Positions 48,298 to 57,888 of a DNA stretch of 64,000 nt are shown here, piece by piece. The translations under genes were made by a program, and so were the position numbers. Under the pieces are notes generated by a model that searched no databases, was not told the DNA's origin, and saw nothing but the letters and a program-made list of their open reading frames with translations. Each line of letters begins with the position of its first letter. Position 1 is the first letter of the stretch. The DNA lies in IMG/VR virus record IMGVR_UViG_3300042923_000474, positions 167,725 to 231,724 of that record; one strand, written 5' to 3'.

Positions 48298-49113
48298 ATG
48301 ACAATGGCCAAACTGAACATCCTGATTGTCAATGACGGCGTCTTCTTTCACGACGTGAACAGTCGGAACACCAACACGCTGGTTGTTCACTGCATGAACC
48401 GCACGCTGTTCACTGGCCTGGTGACTCGCTTTGGGGTCGCCACCCCTCACTTGCTTCTCGCCCTGCGTGAATCCAGTGGTTCGTTCCACACCGTCGTCAT
48501 GGAGGCTGAGGACCTGTACGACCACCTCATGTCCAACGATCCCATCACCGAGAGCTTGAAGTCTGGCCGGGAATCGCAGCTCGGCGATGGGCATCCGTAC
48601 AACTTCGTAGAGGGTCCGCTCACGTTCAACATCCAGTGGGCCGACTACAACAACCGGGTCGTCGCCAAGTCAGTGTTCGACCCGTTTAACGCGGTGGCGT
48701 GGTACAGCTACGAGGGTACCAGTGGTGCTTCTGCGGAAATCGTGATGAACCTGTTCACTGGCGTCACTCAGCCAACGATTGAAAGCGAGGTCATGGAGGG
48801 CCTGGACTCACCGCTCTTCTTGGACTTGTTCAATCGAGAAGAGCGAGCACTGGTTGCAGTGGCAGGTTTTGAGGCCGTCATGCGCGCTCGTACAGGACTT
48901 ACTCGCCCTGCACAGTCTGTGATGGCGTCTCCTTACTTAACTGATCGCCCACTCAAGGACATCAAGGGCATACTCACCGAGCTGGGAATGAATGAAACAG
49001 ACGCCATCACGTTCGCGCAGAATCTTGGGTATGCTGGCCTCAGTACGGGCTCGGAATTCCACAACAGCCTCATCCGCGACATCCGCGGAATGCTCATCAA
49101 CAAAATCAAGTGA
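48298..49113 (+). CDS. Hypothetical protein
   Basis: Start ATG 48298. Confidence 0.8.
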   Translation: MTMAKLNILIVNDGVFFHDVNSRNTNTLVVHCMNRTLFTGLVTRFGVATPHLLLALRESSGSFHTVVMEAEDLYDHLMSNDPITESLKSGRESQLGDGHPYNFVEGPLTFNIQWADYNNRVVAKSVFDPFNAVAWYSYEGTSGASAEIVMNLFTGVTQPTIESEVMEGLDSPLFLDLFNREERALVAVAGFEAVMRARTGLTRPAQSVMASPYLTDRPLKDIKGILTELGMNETDAITFAQNLGYAGLSTGSEFHNSLIRDIRGMLINKIK

Positions 49114-49129
49114 TTCGGGGGAATCCATT

Positions 49130-49927
49130 ATGTCCATGCAAGACACCCGTGAAGATAAACCGGAAGAGCCGAAGAAGCACCACCAGGAACGCATGCGTGT
49201 TATCAAAGTGATGGCACCGACGTGCTACGAGTTCGACCCTCGTCGTCCGCCTCATGTATTCGAGCTGCAAGTGGGTTTCACGGATCATCAGCGTGGTCCA
49301 AGTCCGGCTGCAGCGTTCGAAAGCGTTGATCATCTCTTCCAGGAGTTGCCACTGCACTTCGATCGTCAGGACCTCCTGCCTAACCTGGGCCGACCGTTCT
49401 TCTTCGTGGAGCAGGTCTACCATCACCACCAGCAGCACCCAGCTGATGTCACGGCCGAAACGTTTGTGCCAGCGGGTCTGGGTCGCTCGTATCGCAACCT
49501 GTACGAGTCGTTGGATTACGTGAGCGACTATGCTCTGCGTGAAACACGGGCCAGCTCCACGGTCTTGCAGTTGTTGGCCATGTCAGCCTACCACAACCAG
49601 TACAGTCTGGACTGGTTGTTCGAACCAACCATGACATCGGAAGATCTGGCTAAGCGCCTAGGCTTCGGTCAGAAGCGTGCCCCACGCAACCAACGTGACG
49701 TGGAATCTGGTCGCGCTGCGGGCTCTGATCCATGGGCCTGCATTGCCGATGATGCTTACCGCGCCCTGGATCGCCGCCAGAATGGTGACAGTCGCGGCAG
49801 TATGCATCGTCAAGGGGATGGTATTCACTTCTTCTACAGCACTAAACTGCTACCGGTTGACCCTAAGGTACGTCAGCTTTTGACGCTGCCTGTTTCAACC
49901 CTCATCGACTACATGGGAGGTTTCTGA
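49130..49927 (+). CDS. Hypothetical protein
   Basis: Start ATG 49130 after GGGGG RBS. Confidence 0.8.
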   Translation: MSMQDTREDKPEEPKKHHQERMRVIKVMAPTCYEFDPRRPPHVFELQVGFTDHQRGPSPAAAFESVDHLFQELPLHFDRQDLLPNLGRPFFFVEQVYHHHQQHPADVTAETFVPAGLGRSYRNLYESLDYVSDYALRETRASSTVLQLLAMSAYHNQYSLDWLFEPTMTSEDLAKRLGFGQKRAPRNQRDVESGRAAGSDPWACIADDAYRALDRRQNGDSRGSMHRQGDGIHFFYSTKLLPVDPKVRQLLTLPVSTLIDYMGGF

Positions 49928-50163
49928 TGAACGACCGTTTCGACAAAGCGTTTCTTGAAGTGTTCGGGGCTTCGATCACCAATCCGATCGAGAACGCCAA
50001 ACATTGCATGCCCAACCGTGCAGCAATGATGCCTACCGTGGGGCACAAGACTGCATCCCGTAGCAGCATGTATCCAGGCGCTACTGGCGCTCGTACTCCG
50101 GTCACCCTCAAAAGTGGCCACGAGTCCTTGACTGCCAAGTGCCGGCATAATGGCCAGCCCTGA
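49927..50163 (+). CDS. Hypothetical protein
   Basis: TGATG coupling, GGAGG RBS. Confidence 0.65.
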   Translation: MNDRFDKAFLEVFGASITNPIENAKHCMPNRAAMMPTVGHKTASRSSMYPGATGARTPVTLKSGHESLTAKCRHNGQP

Positions 50164-50172
50164 GGCTGGCCA
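50144..50172. terminator. Bidirectional hairpin
   Basis: GGCATAA-TGGCCAGCC-CTGA-GGCTGGCCA. Confidence 0.75.
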
Positions 50173-50178
50173 AAGAGT

Positions 50179-51000
50179 TCACAACAGTCCGCCGACAACG
50201 GATTGGATGTGATCCAGGTGCGACAGTGGGTCGACCAGAATGGAGATCTTCTGCCACTTGTTCATCTGCTCTTCGTAGAGTTCGTTGGCGTCTTGATAGC
50301 TATCAACGATTTCTTTGAAGCGGCCGATGGACATACCGCCTGCAATCTGCGCTTCATCCATTGGAATCACGATGTTGTTGTAGATGTAAGCCTTGACGGC
50401 AAACTCGCACAACTTCTTGAAGTGTTTCCAAGCAGCAGGGGGTACGTGGGAGAGGGTTGCATCGTTTTCCAGCTGGCAGTCCAGATACAGGGTACCGGCC
50501 AGGCGCAATGGAGAACGAATCATGATGGTGTTGTCGCCGATGATCTGGATATTGCTATCCGACATCAGAGGCATGGGATCGCGAGACTGCTTAACGGCGC
50601 GCATCGCATCCACCAACCCACTCGACGCACCAAACTGCATCGACACAGAACCACCCAATGCACCCGTTGGCGTACCGGTCACCATGGCATACACAGCCGT
50701 GATCGAGCGACCATTGGTGCGACTCTTGGGAATGGTCAGAACCAGGCTCCAGTCGTCTTGTTGCTCTTGCATCAGGCCGACCAGCGAAACCAGTTCACGT
50801 TGTCCACTGATCAGGTTGATACCCGGCAGAACACGGCCTTCAATCACCTTTTCACGGATGACGTGGTCGATGCTCACCACCGGGGCATTTCGGCGTCCCC
50901 AAGTTTCCCGGCGGATAAGATCATTCTGAAAAGCCTCCTTCAGGATCGGCATCGGAATGATGTGTTTCAATTCGTTGAGCGTGTGCTGAATCGCGTTCAT
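50179..51000 (-). CDS. Conserved phiKZ-like hypothetical protein divergent from phuZ
   Basis: 273 aa; IP..IL..AF, I..KVI..RVL, NIVI..D..GG...G.F..IVDSY pattern recalled from phiKZ-like phages. Confidence 0.75.
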   Translation of the reverse strand: MNAIQHTLNELKHIIPMPILKEAFQNDLIRRETWGRRNAPVVSIDHVIREKVIEGRVLPGINLISGQRELVSLVGLMQEQQDDWSLVLTIPKSRTNGRSITAVYAMVTGTPTGALGGSVSMQFGASSGLVDAMRAVKQSRDPMPLMSDSNIQIIGDNTIMIRSPLRLAGTLYLDCQLENDATLSHVPPAAWKHFKKLCEFAVKAYIYNNIVIPMDEAQIAGGMSIGRFKEIVDSYQDANELYEEQMNKWQKISILVDPLSHLDHIQSVVGGLL

Positions 51001-51082
51001 GATTTAAACTCGCAATGACCATTAGGTATTTATTAGCTAATACATGTTGATGAATACCATCTATCCCCAAAGGAGCAACACC

Positions 51083-52135
51083 GTGACTTCAAAAGTAAAC
51101 ATCCTGGCATGCGGCGGCTTCGGTCAAAACATCATGCTGCTGCTCGCCAAGCGTGAGTCTTTCGCATCCCTGGGTCAGGCGTTGAACCTGCATGCTTTCG
51201 ACACCTCCAAGTCGAACCTCAAGCGTTTCGCTGGTAGCGCTATCGAGTCCGCTGTCAAGAAGCACCTGGTAGAAGGCGCTGACGGTTCGGGTAAACTGCG
51301 TGCTGAAAACCACGAAGCCATCACTGCGCTCGTGACCGACGTGGTTAACAACAACGAGATCGAAGACGGCCTGACCATCATCGTCTCCTCGGCCTCCGGT
51401 GGTTCGGGTTCGAAGTTCGCTGACGACCTACACGAACAACTGGCCAAACGTGGTCGCCGTGTAATCTCCATGATCCTGGGCACCGACGAAGACAACGAAG
51501 CGCTGGGCAACACCCTGAAGACCGTCAAGACCTACCGCCACAAGGCCGGCCTGGGCGACAAGAACTTCGTCATGTTCTACGGCCAGAACCGTTTCCCGGT
51601 CGAAGGTCAGGAAGGCAAGACCTACATCGACGAGGCGTTGGCTGACGAGCTGTTCGTGACCAACCTGGAAGACATCCTGATGATTGGTCATCCAGAGAAT
51701 AACACTCTGGACACCAAAGATCAGCTGCGCTTCCTGAACTATCGCCTGGACAGCGAAGGTGGCCGTGAAGGTAAAGGTCAGCTGCGCTTCCTGTCGCTGA
51801 TCAGCCGTACTGAAAAGCAGGACTTCCCAACCGACGACGACGTCCCGGTTGCGGCACTGTCTCTGCTGGCCAAACACGGCATCACCCCGCAGTACGCAAC
51901 TGGCACCGGTTACTCCACTCGTGGCGTACTGGGTGAAAGCCTGTCGTTCGCTGACGGCGTGGTTGAAGTTCAGTTCCAACTCTTCTCCGGCCGCACCAGC
52001 AAGCTGGCTAACCAGCTGGACAAGCAGCAGAAGCTGTACGACACCATCCGCGCCAAGCAAGACGAGAACAGCTCCGGCGATGACTTCAAGCGTTCCGACA
52101 AGGACGTGGTCACCGACAGCGGTTCGTTCCTGTAA
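51083..52135 (+). CDS. phuZ: Phage tubulin PhuZ
   Basis: GTG start after AAGGAG; ACGGFGQNI, DTSKSN, ADGSGKLR, SASGGSGS, acidic C-tail DVVTDSGSFL. Confidence 0.92.
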   Translation: MTSKVNILACGGFGQNIMLLLAKRESFASLGQALNLHAFDTSKSNLKRFAGSAIESAVKKHLVEGADGSGKLRAENHEAITALVTDVVNNNEIEDGLTIIVSSASGGSGSKFADDLHEQLAKRGRRVISMILGTDEDNEALGNTLKTVKTYRHKAGLGDKNFVMFYGQNRFPVEGQEGKTYIDEALADELFVTNLEDILMIGHPENNTLDTKDQLRFLNYRLDSEGGREGKGQLRFLSLISRTEKQDFPTDDDVPVAALSLLAKHGITPQYATGTGYSTRGVLGESLSFADGVVEVQFQLFSGRTSKLANQLDKQQKLYDTIRAKQDENSSGDDFKRSDKDVVTDSGSFL

Positions 52136-52142
52136 TACCTGA

Positions 52143-52177
52143 GCATGGGGCCGGCCTTCGGGTCGGCCTTTATGCCC
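52143..52177 (+). terminator. phuZ terminator
   Basis: GGCCGGCC-TTCG-GGTCGGCC-TTTATGCCC. Confidence 0.8.
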
Positions 52178-52296
52178 TTACTTCTTTTTTTGTTAAACCA
52201 CACAGGGGCTACTAATGTATTGAGGTTCATGCCGACTCGGTCAGGGGTTAGCAACTGGTTTTCACGGGCCAGGGATTTCAAGCACTTTAGATTCCG

Positions 52297-52324
52297 CCTC
52301 CCTTCTGGGGAGGTTTTTTTTTTT
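52297..52324 (+). terminator. Canonical intrinsic terminator
   Basis: CCTCCC/GGGAGG followed by T11. Confidence 0.75.
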
Positions 52325-52351
52325 GCCGTCATTTCAAAACAGGTACCCCAA

Positions 52352-52702
52352 ATGTCCTACGTTCTTACTGGCAATTCCAACCCACATTTCCCGCTGCGTG
52401 CCCTAATTTTGGCACCGGCTGTACAGTCCCGCTTCGTGTTGAAGATCGATTCTGAGGGCAAGGTCGAGAAGTTACTGCGCTTCATCGGTACCGCTCAAGT
52501 GGAAGCCGGCGACATTGCCACCCACAACAAAGAAACCACCACCCGTTATCAGGTGGCTCGTTTCGAGATCCTGGAAGATAGTCAGGAAGCCTTCTTCGAA
52601 CCCGGCGAGACCTTCGATATCGAGATCACTGAATTGACGCTGGAGAACGAGTTGTTCGCGTTCATTCCTCGCATCATCAAGCAGGATCTTCAGGAGGCGT
52701 AA
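52352..52702 (+). CDS. Hypothetical protein
   Basis: Start ATG 52352 downstream of U-tract terminator. Confidence 0.8.
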   Translation: MSYVLTGNSNPHFPLRALILAPAVQSRFVLKIDSEGKVEKLLRFIGTAQVEAGDIATHNKETTTRYQVARFEILEDSQEAFFEPGETFDIEITELTLENELFAFIPRIIKQDLQEA

Positions 52703-53058
52703 TGCTCCCACGCATGGTCTTTGGCCGTGACGAACACGGCAACGAAACAACACCGCTCACCCTGGACTTCAGCAAACAGTTCACGCTGGGTCAATTAGTG
52801 TTGGCCAGTCACGTACCTTCGACTATGATGTTCAAGGTACAGACCAATGGTCGGCGTGGTGTTATGATGCAGTACGAAGGTACCTGGCCGATGCGTCGTA
52901 CCGGCGCAGATGAGCCCGGCATCATTAACAACTACGCACACTTCACACCGTATATCCGTCAGGGTCCCGGTGTGTGGGTATTATCCAACAGTGAGACGAT
53001 CTCTGTCCCACTTAGCAAAGAAGAGCTGATGAGCCTTTATCAGTTCTACAAACTCTGA
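52702..53058 (+). CDS. Hypothetical protein
   Basis: TAATG coupling, AGGAGG RBS. Confidence 0.8.
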   Translation: MLPRMVFGRDEHGNETTPLTLDFSKQFTLGQLVLASHVPSTMMFKVQTNGRRGVMMQYEGTWPMRRTGADEPGIINNYAHFTPYIRQGPGVWVLSNSETISVPLSKEELMSLYQFYKL

Positions 53059-53070
53059 AGGAGTAGTACG

Positions 53071-53541
53071 ATGGATTTGTTTCAAGGCACTAAGATGATT
53101 GCCGCTCAGGCAATGACTCTGGGCGAATACAACAAGTACCGCGGCTGGGAAATCCCTGCCAACGAAGACCCGGCCCGTGAAGGTTACCTGGTCGAGTACA
53201 TCGGCACCAACGACTCCAACCACCCCGAGCACAAGAGCTACATCTCCTGGTCGCCAAAGCAGCAGTTCGACGACAGTCATGTTCGCGCTGGCGGTCCAGA
53301 AACTCTGGCATACGTGCCATTCATCCAGCGCCTGCTCGGCGAGCAGGCCCGCAACTGCGACAGCCTGGAAAAGCTGCAGACCTTCCAGAAGACCGAGCTG
53401 TGGACCCAGCTGCCAGACGACGTGCGTGAACTGATGGCTCGTCAAGAGCAGGTCATGTTCGAGCTGCAGCACGTACTCAACGATCGTGTCGAACTGGCTC
53501 TCGACGTCAAGGTTCACAATAAAGAAGTGAGCCCTCAATGA
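53071..53541 (+). CDS. Two-domain protein, candidate nucleotide-signal sponge
   Basis: FQGTKMIAAQAMT..YNKYRGW..EGYLVEY..SWSPKQQF plus helical PFIQRL..E..LEKL..Q..VM..VL..R. Confidence 0.7.
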   Translation: MDLFQGTKMIAAQAMTLGEYNKYRGWEIPANEDPAREGYLVEYIGTNDSNHPEHKSYISWSPKQQFDDSHVRAGGPETLAYVPFIQRLLGEQARNCDSLEKLQTFQKTELWTQLPDDVRELMARQEQVMFELQHVLNDRVELALDVKVHNKEVSPQ

Positions 53542-53951
53542 AATACATTCTGATGCTGGGTTGTTTCTCGGCAGTCCCCATGGTCAAGTCCGACTGGGAC
53601 CAGAAGAATGGTTTCATTACCGATGCCGACGCCGCCGTCGAAGGCTACGAATTGACCAACGTAGCCACCGGCCGGCGTCAGTGGTTGCCACAGCAAGAAG
53701 TGGACGGCACCAGCACCGCGCTGCCAGATAACTTCATCGACCATCGTCCAGAAGACCGCCCTTGGATTGCCGAACGTGCCTTGCATGCCCAGCGTATTCA
53801 AGAGCTGGAAGCTGAGATGGCCCGCCGCAAATTGCACTACCAGCAGAACGGCACGACCGACACGTTTGCCCAGAACTTCATCGAGCCGCACATTGAAGCG
53901 CTGCGCCAGCGAGTAGCGGAATTGACCGATGCGATTCGTTGCATCGATTGA
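53538..53951 (+). CDS. Divergent paralogue of upstream two-domain protein
   Basis: MKYI..AVPM..EGYEL..QWLPQQ then PWIAER..IQELE..LRQRV. Confidence 0.65.
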   Translation: MKYILMLGCFSAVPMVKSDWDQKNGFITDADAAVEGYELTNVATGRRQWLPQQEVDGTSTALPDNFIDHRPEDRPWIAERALHAQRIQELEAEMARRKLHYQQNGTTDTFAQNFIEPHIEALRQRVAELTDAIRCID

Positions 53952-54052
53952 CATCCCTATTATGTGTAGACAAATGTCTGCATACGGTCGCGGTTAGCCC
54001 TTCCTTGCCTGGCAGCCTTTGGCAGCAAACGGCAGGATCAACCGCTAAGCCT

Positions 54053-54082
54053 GCCCACCCTTCGGGGTGGGCTTTTATGCCC
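54053..54082 (+). terminator. Hairpin terminator
   Basis: GCCCACCC-TTCG-GGGTGGGC-TTTTATGCC. Confidence 0.8.
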
Positions 54083-54097
54083 CCACCCGGAGCCCCC

Positions 54098-54313
54098 ATG
54101 CCTGGTATACTGCGCTGCGTGAAATGCAATCACATTGACCACATGGACATCCGCTACCCCCATGGCGGAGACATGGATGTGAACCTGCACCCCGTTCCAC
54201 TGATCTGTGCAATCTGTGCAGGTCTTCCTTGGCACAACCGATTAACTCGTCAAGTGTACAACCCCGAGTACCACGACGTCGTTAATCCACCTACTTCAAA
54301 TCCTACGACCTGA
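54098..54313 (+). CDS. Small zinc-ribbon protein
   Basis: Start ATG 54098 (GGAG); CVKC...CAIC...WH. Confidence 0.75.
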   Translation: MPGILRCVKCNHIDHMDIRYPHGGDMDVNLHPVPLICAICAGLPWHNRLTRQVYNPEYHDVVNPPTSNPTT

Positions 54314-54438
54314 CTAGATTTATTGGTGGAAGTCATGTCATCTGCTCCTTGGTGACCTGAGCCTCCTGGACAAGCGCCCTACACTCTTTGGGGGAGTGAA
54401 TGCGATTAGCTTGTCAACTGAAGTCCTGTGTGCGGAAA

Positions 54439-54479
54439 AGCATAGCCTCCTCCCTCGGAAGGGGAGGAGGCCTTATGCT
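54439..54479 (+). terminator. Hairpin with AGCATA/TTATGCT flanks
   Basis: GCCTCCTCCC/GGGAGGAGGC. Confidence 0.75.
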
Positions 54480-54607
54480 CGTTAAGCTGTCTACGAGAGC
54501 CGTAGTGAGATGATTATAACAGAATGGTACCGCGCTATGGTTTAGGCTATTAACGCCCTCTGACGCAATTCTAGAAGCTTACGCTCAATGCGATACCACC
54601 TGTTTTG

Positions 54608-54630
54608 AAACCTAAATTATCAAATTGAAT
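54608..54630 (+). promoter_or_regulatory. Putative phage early promoter
   Basis: AAACCTAAATTATCAAATTGAAT. Confidence 0.7.
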
Positions 54631-54641
54631 GTGGCCCCTGG

Positions 54642-54989
54642 ATGTTCGTTATGAGATTTACCCCAATCCCAGATGACCATGCTACAGTTTTGTTCCACGT
54701 ATCCGAGATAGATGAGGAGCTTCTTCAAGTTGGGTGTTCACTCAACATGGATGAGTATCTTGCTTGGGTTTTCGTGGAGCTGGGTTTTCCTGTCTTCACC
54801 CCACCCTGGATGGCAGAGCCCGACCTTCCCTTTAAAGCTAGACTGGTTCGTCAATATCAATTGGCGGATATCCGAGAACTGTTGGTAAAGGTTCTGAGTC
54901 AAGCTGGATGGAATGGTCAAGAGCTGTTGGTGTGCGTTCAAGGCCGGGCTTATTGCTCGGTTAGTTTTTTCAAGGAGCGTGCTGGATGA
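54642..54989 (+). CDS. Hypothetical protein
   Basis: First ORF after promoter motif 54608. Confidence 0.7.
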   Translation: MFVMRFTPIPDDHATVLFHVSEIDEELLQVGCSLNMDEYLAWVFVELGFPVFTPPWMAEPDLPFKARLVRQYQLADIRELLVKVLSQAGWNGQELLVCVQGRAYCSVSFFKERAG

Positions 54990-55561
54990 ACTTTATATTT
55001 GACCTCGGTGAGCAACTGGCTGAGCTACCTGCAAGTGTTCCGCAGGGAGACTTTCAAGCGACCCTTGGTCTGCATATGCTGGAACAGCGACACTGGCTGG
55101 ACTTCATATTGCAGGATGCACGTGAGATTCTGAAAGAGAAACAATTTGGCGGACTGAACGATCGTGCGATTCGCATGGCGCGCATTCTTCGTCAACTCGC
55201 ATCCGATCATGGGGATGATGATCTGGCGAAGTTCTTTAAGCTGGCTATTGAAGAGGCGGATAAAGAACCTGTGATCGATGTGGATGGTCAAGGCCTCATG
55301 GCTGTGGCGGCACTCAATCCACATGCGCAATACATGGAAGACTTGGACGACCTGCTCGACGGTATCTTTTATGAGATCGGAGCTGAGGTCCAGGACTTCG
55401 TCAACAGCTTCTACTCCAAGGGTGACTTGTGGTCGGTGGATGCAACCCCGAACACCAAGCACATGGTCTTTACTTTCTGCTGCCGACGTTCTGTTGTGGA
55501 AGCTGCCGTGCTTGCATCAGGCGGTAACATGCGGAGCTTCATGCAGCACCTGATTGGATAA
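54986..55561 (+). CDS. Acidic paralogue-array protein
   Basis: MNFIFDLGEQL; AAGGAG RBS. Confidence 0.8.
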   Translation: MNFIFDLGEQLAELPASVPQGDFQATLGLHMLEQRHWLDFILQDAREILKEKQFGGLNDRAIRMARILRQLASDHGDDDLAKFFKLAIEEADKEPVIDVDGQGLMAVAALNPHAQYMEDLDDLLDGIFYEIGAEVQDFVNSFYSKGDLWSVDATPNTKHMVFTFCCRRSVVEAAVLASGGNMRSFMQHLIG

Positions 55562-55570
55562 GGTGTCAGC

Positions 55571-56056
55571 ATGCTTTACTCACCGGGCCCCACTGAGCCA
55601 AACCCGGACTTTAAACTTGTGGTAAATCTGGAAGAGCTACTGGCAGGCTTTCATTACGACTTGGAAGACCCCCGGTTCTCATCTATCGCCAGTCAGTTCG
55701 AGGGTGACACCGTTGGCTACATTGCTCGCGGTTTGATACATGGTTGCATGGGGATTCCGGGAGGCTTGACCACCGGCGAGGCAGTGCGTTTCTTTCCTTA
55801 CGAGTTAGAAGGCACTGCTCGGCAATTCATCGAGAACTTCTGGATGGCCCTGTCGAAAGACGTGTCTCGTCTGGAAACGATGATCCGGCACAATTACCCA
55901 GGACGGTCCTTTGAAGCCAACCGTGTGCCATCCCCAATGGTCACGGGCGGCTATTGTTTAACCATCTGGTACCACTGGAGGACTCCGCAGCAAATCGCTG
56001 CCGACAACTACATGGAACTGGAAGAGACAGAAGAACCAGCGTCCAGGGGCTTCTAG
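55571..56056 (+). CDS. Acidic paralogue-array protein
   Basis: LVVNLEELL. Confidence 0.8.
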   Translation: MLYSPGPTEPNPDFKLVVNLEELLAGFHYDLEDPRFSSIASQFEGDTVGYIARGLIHGCMGIPGGLTTGEAVRFFPYELEGTARQFIENFWMALSKDVSRLETMIRHNYPGRSFEANRVPSPMVTGGYCLTIWYHWRTPQQIAADNYMELEETEEPASRGF

Positions 56057-56061
56057 GAGAC

Positions 56062-56487
56062 ATGATGGAGCGTACCATCCGATGGGACTTGAGCGAGATG
56101 TTGGGAGAGATCGACTACATGCTGAGAGAGCATCGAATGTCCCAACGCCCTGCGCTCAAAGAACTGATTGCGGACATGGCCTCCTTGGCCCTGCGCGATC
56201 TGAGTGCTGGTACCAACAACTTCCTGGACGAGTTCATCGAAAGTAACGTAGGGTCAGAGTTTCATGGCCTTGCGTTATTCTTCCGTAGCCGGGCAGTAGG
56301 TTGGTATAAAGAGATCACGGCGTTTACCGATCATGCCATCGCGGACTTCGATTGGTTTGAGGTAGACGACATTGTTCAACTCACCCCCACCCTTCTGAAC
56401 ATCAAACTGAATGTTGGGTACTATCACGAGAATCCAGACGCATGTATGGACATTACCGAATTTCAATCGACCTCAATGAGTCAATAG
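56062..56487 (+). CDS. Acidic paralogue-array protein
   Basis: Start ATG 56062 (AGGAG); IRWDLSEML. Confidence 0.8.
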   Translation: MMERTIRWDLSEMLGEIDYMLREHRMSQRPALKELIADMASLALRDLSAGTNNFLDEFIESNVGSEFHGLALFFRSRAVGWYKEITAFTDHAIADFDWFEVDDIVQLTPTLLNIKLNVGYYHENPDACMDITEFQSTSMSQ

Positions 56488-57035
56488 CTGAGATCCGTCA
56501 AATCCTGTCGGCGGTCTCTGGCGAAACGTACAACGATGAAATGACCACCCGAGCCTGTGCACACTACAAGCAATTAGCGCTTGTGTGTGCCTGTGCATTT
56601 ATGATGTCGCCTATTTCCCTGAACCTAAAAGACAGGCAAAAGCGACTCCAAGTGCGCAACAGCATGAGTGAGAATATCCAGTCGGTGTACCCCATGTTTG
56701 TCGGTGAGGTCAAGACATGGGACTATCAGGAAACCATTACGGTGGTGACGGAGCTGGCGATTAGTTTCGTCCAGACCATCATCTTCTTTAAACCCGAACT
56801 GCTGTCGGTAATTGGGTTGCCCCACATGTACGTGTTCACCCCATTGAACATTGGCATGGACGACGCCCCAGAGACCAGCAAGTTTGATTGCATGCGGCCA
56901 CTGGAACGTTATCGGGAACTGAGGAAGCTGGATACTCTGAGTGCGGATAAAGATGTAGCGGTCCGCGAACCAGACAACCGGCTAACCTTCACTCTCTGGG
57001 TGAGGCCTGCGCCGACAGCTAGGCTGCTTACGTGA
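56442..57035 (+). CDS. Paralogue-array protein
   Basis: ISIDLNESI. Confidence 0.75.
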   Translation: MYGHYRISIDLNESIAEIRQILSAVSGETYNDEMTTRACAHYKQLALVCACAFMMSPISLNLKDRQKRLQVRNSMSENIQSVYPMFVGEVKTWDYQETITVVTELAISFVQTIIFFKPELLSVIGLPHMYVFTPLNIGMDDAPETSKFDCMRPLERYRELRKLDTLSADKDVAVREPDNRLTFTLWVRPAPTARLLT

Positions 57036-57472
57036 TGGGTGTGGAATTCTACGAACAACAACGTCGCTTCTTTAGGGAGCAATGGGGACAGGACAAAGTG
57101 ATCCTAAGACTGTCACGAGAGGATAGCTGTTTCGATCTGGGCATGGAGGTGGGCAACCTAGACGCCTATTGCCAGACGATCATCGAAGCAGTTATCGAAG
57201 CCATCGCCATGGAACGTCGTAATGCACACTACGAGTATCCGGGCACAGCGGCATTGCAATACCTAGTGGTGTACGAATGGTTAGTCGCCAAGTTCTCTTG
57301 GATCGTGGGTAACAAGTTTGATCACGAGAGAATCATACCCGACCTTGTGCTGGTGTACAGCTACATTGCGGATTATATCGACTCGACTTTTGAGGATTGG
57401 AACCGCGAGTGTCCATCCTGCATTCGTTTCACCTTGACGCCAGCCTTCTTTGAATTCGAGATAGGTGAATGA
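57032..57472 (+). CDS. Paralogue-array protein
   Basis: VILRLSRE; coupled starts. Confidence 0.75.
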   Translation: MMGVEFYEQQRRFFREQWGQDKVILRLSREDSCFDLGMEVGNLDAYCQTIIEAVIEAIAMERRNAHYEYPGTAALQYLVVYEWLVAKFSWIVGNKFDHERIIPDLVLVYSYIADYIDSTFEDWNRECPSCIRFTLTPAFFEFEIGE

Positions 57473-57888
57473 AGCAACTCCTGATTATTGATCTCAGGGA
57501 GGAGATTAACGAATACGTTGGCGACCTACCAGAGGAATCGTGGGGGTACGACAGCGACACGGCGGAATATGGGGCACCCGATGAATTGGCGATGTCAGCG
57601 GCCATCGGGTTCTTTGGATACATTGGCTCAGACGACCCCAACCACGACGAAGAAGAAGACTTCAACGAGATGGACCGGTCGATAGGGTATAGTTGCAGCA
57701 TTGAGCCGAATGATCAGTTCTGGTTCGATGTGCACCATAATCTGAATAACTTCAAAGATACCCTGATAGAACAAGGCCTTACGCATGCGACGGATATTTC
57801 GTTCAGTGCAGGCAGGCTCATAATCGAGGTGTCCACCGAAATGGATATGGCGAAGCACCATGACAGACTCCAACCCCCCAGAAGCTGA
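57469..57888 (+). CDS. Acidic paralogue-array protein
   Basis: LIIDLREEI; C-terminal ISFSAGRLIIEV. Confidence 0.75.
   Translation: MKQLLIIDLREEINEYVGDLPEESWGYDSDTAEYGAPDELAMSAAIGFFGYIGSDDPNHDEEEDFNEMDRSIGYSCSIEPNDQFWFDVHHNLNNFKDTLIEQGLTHATDISFSAGRLIIEVSTEMDMAKHHDRLQPPRS

Noticed and set aside
53071-53541. Naming this gene acb2, tad1 or tad2
   Set aside because: The sequence does not match those families as I recall them; only fusion-partner similarity is supported.
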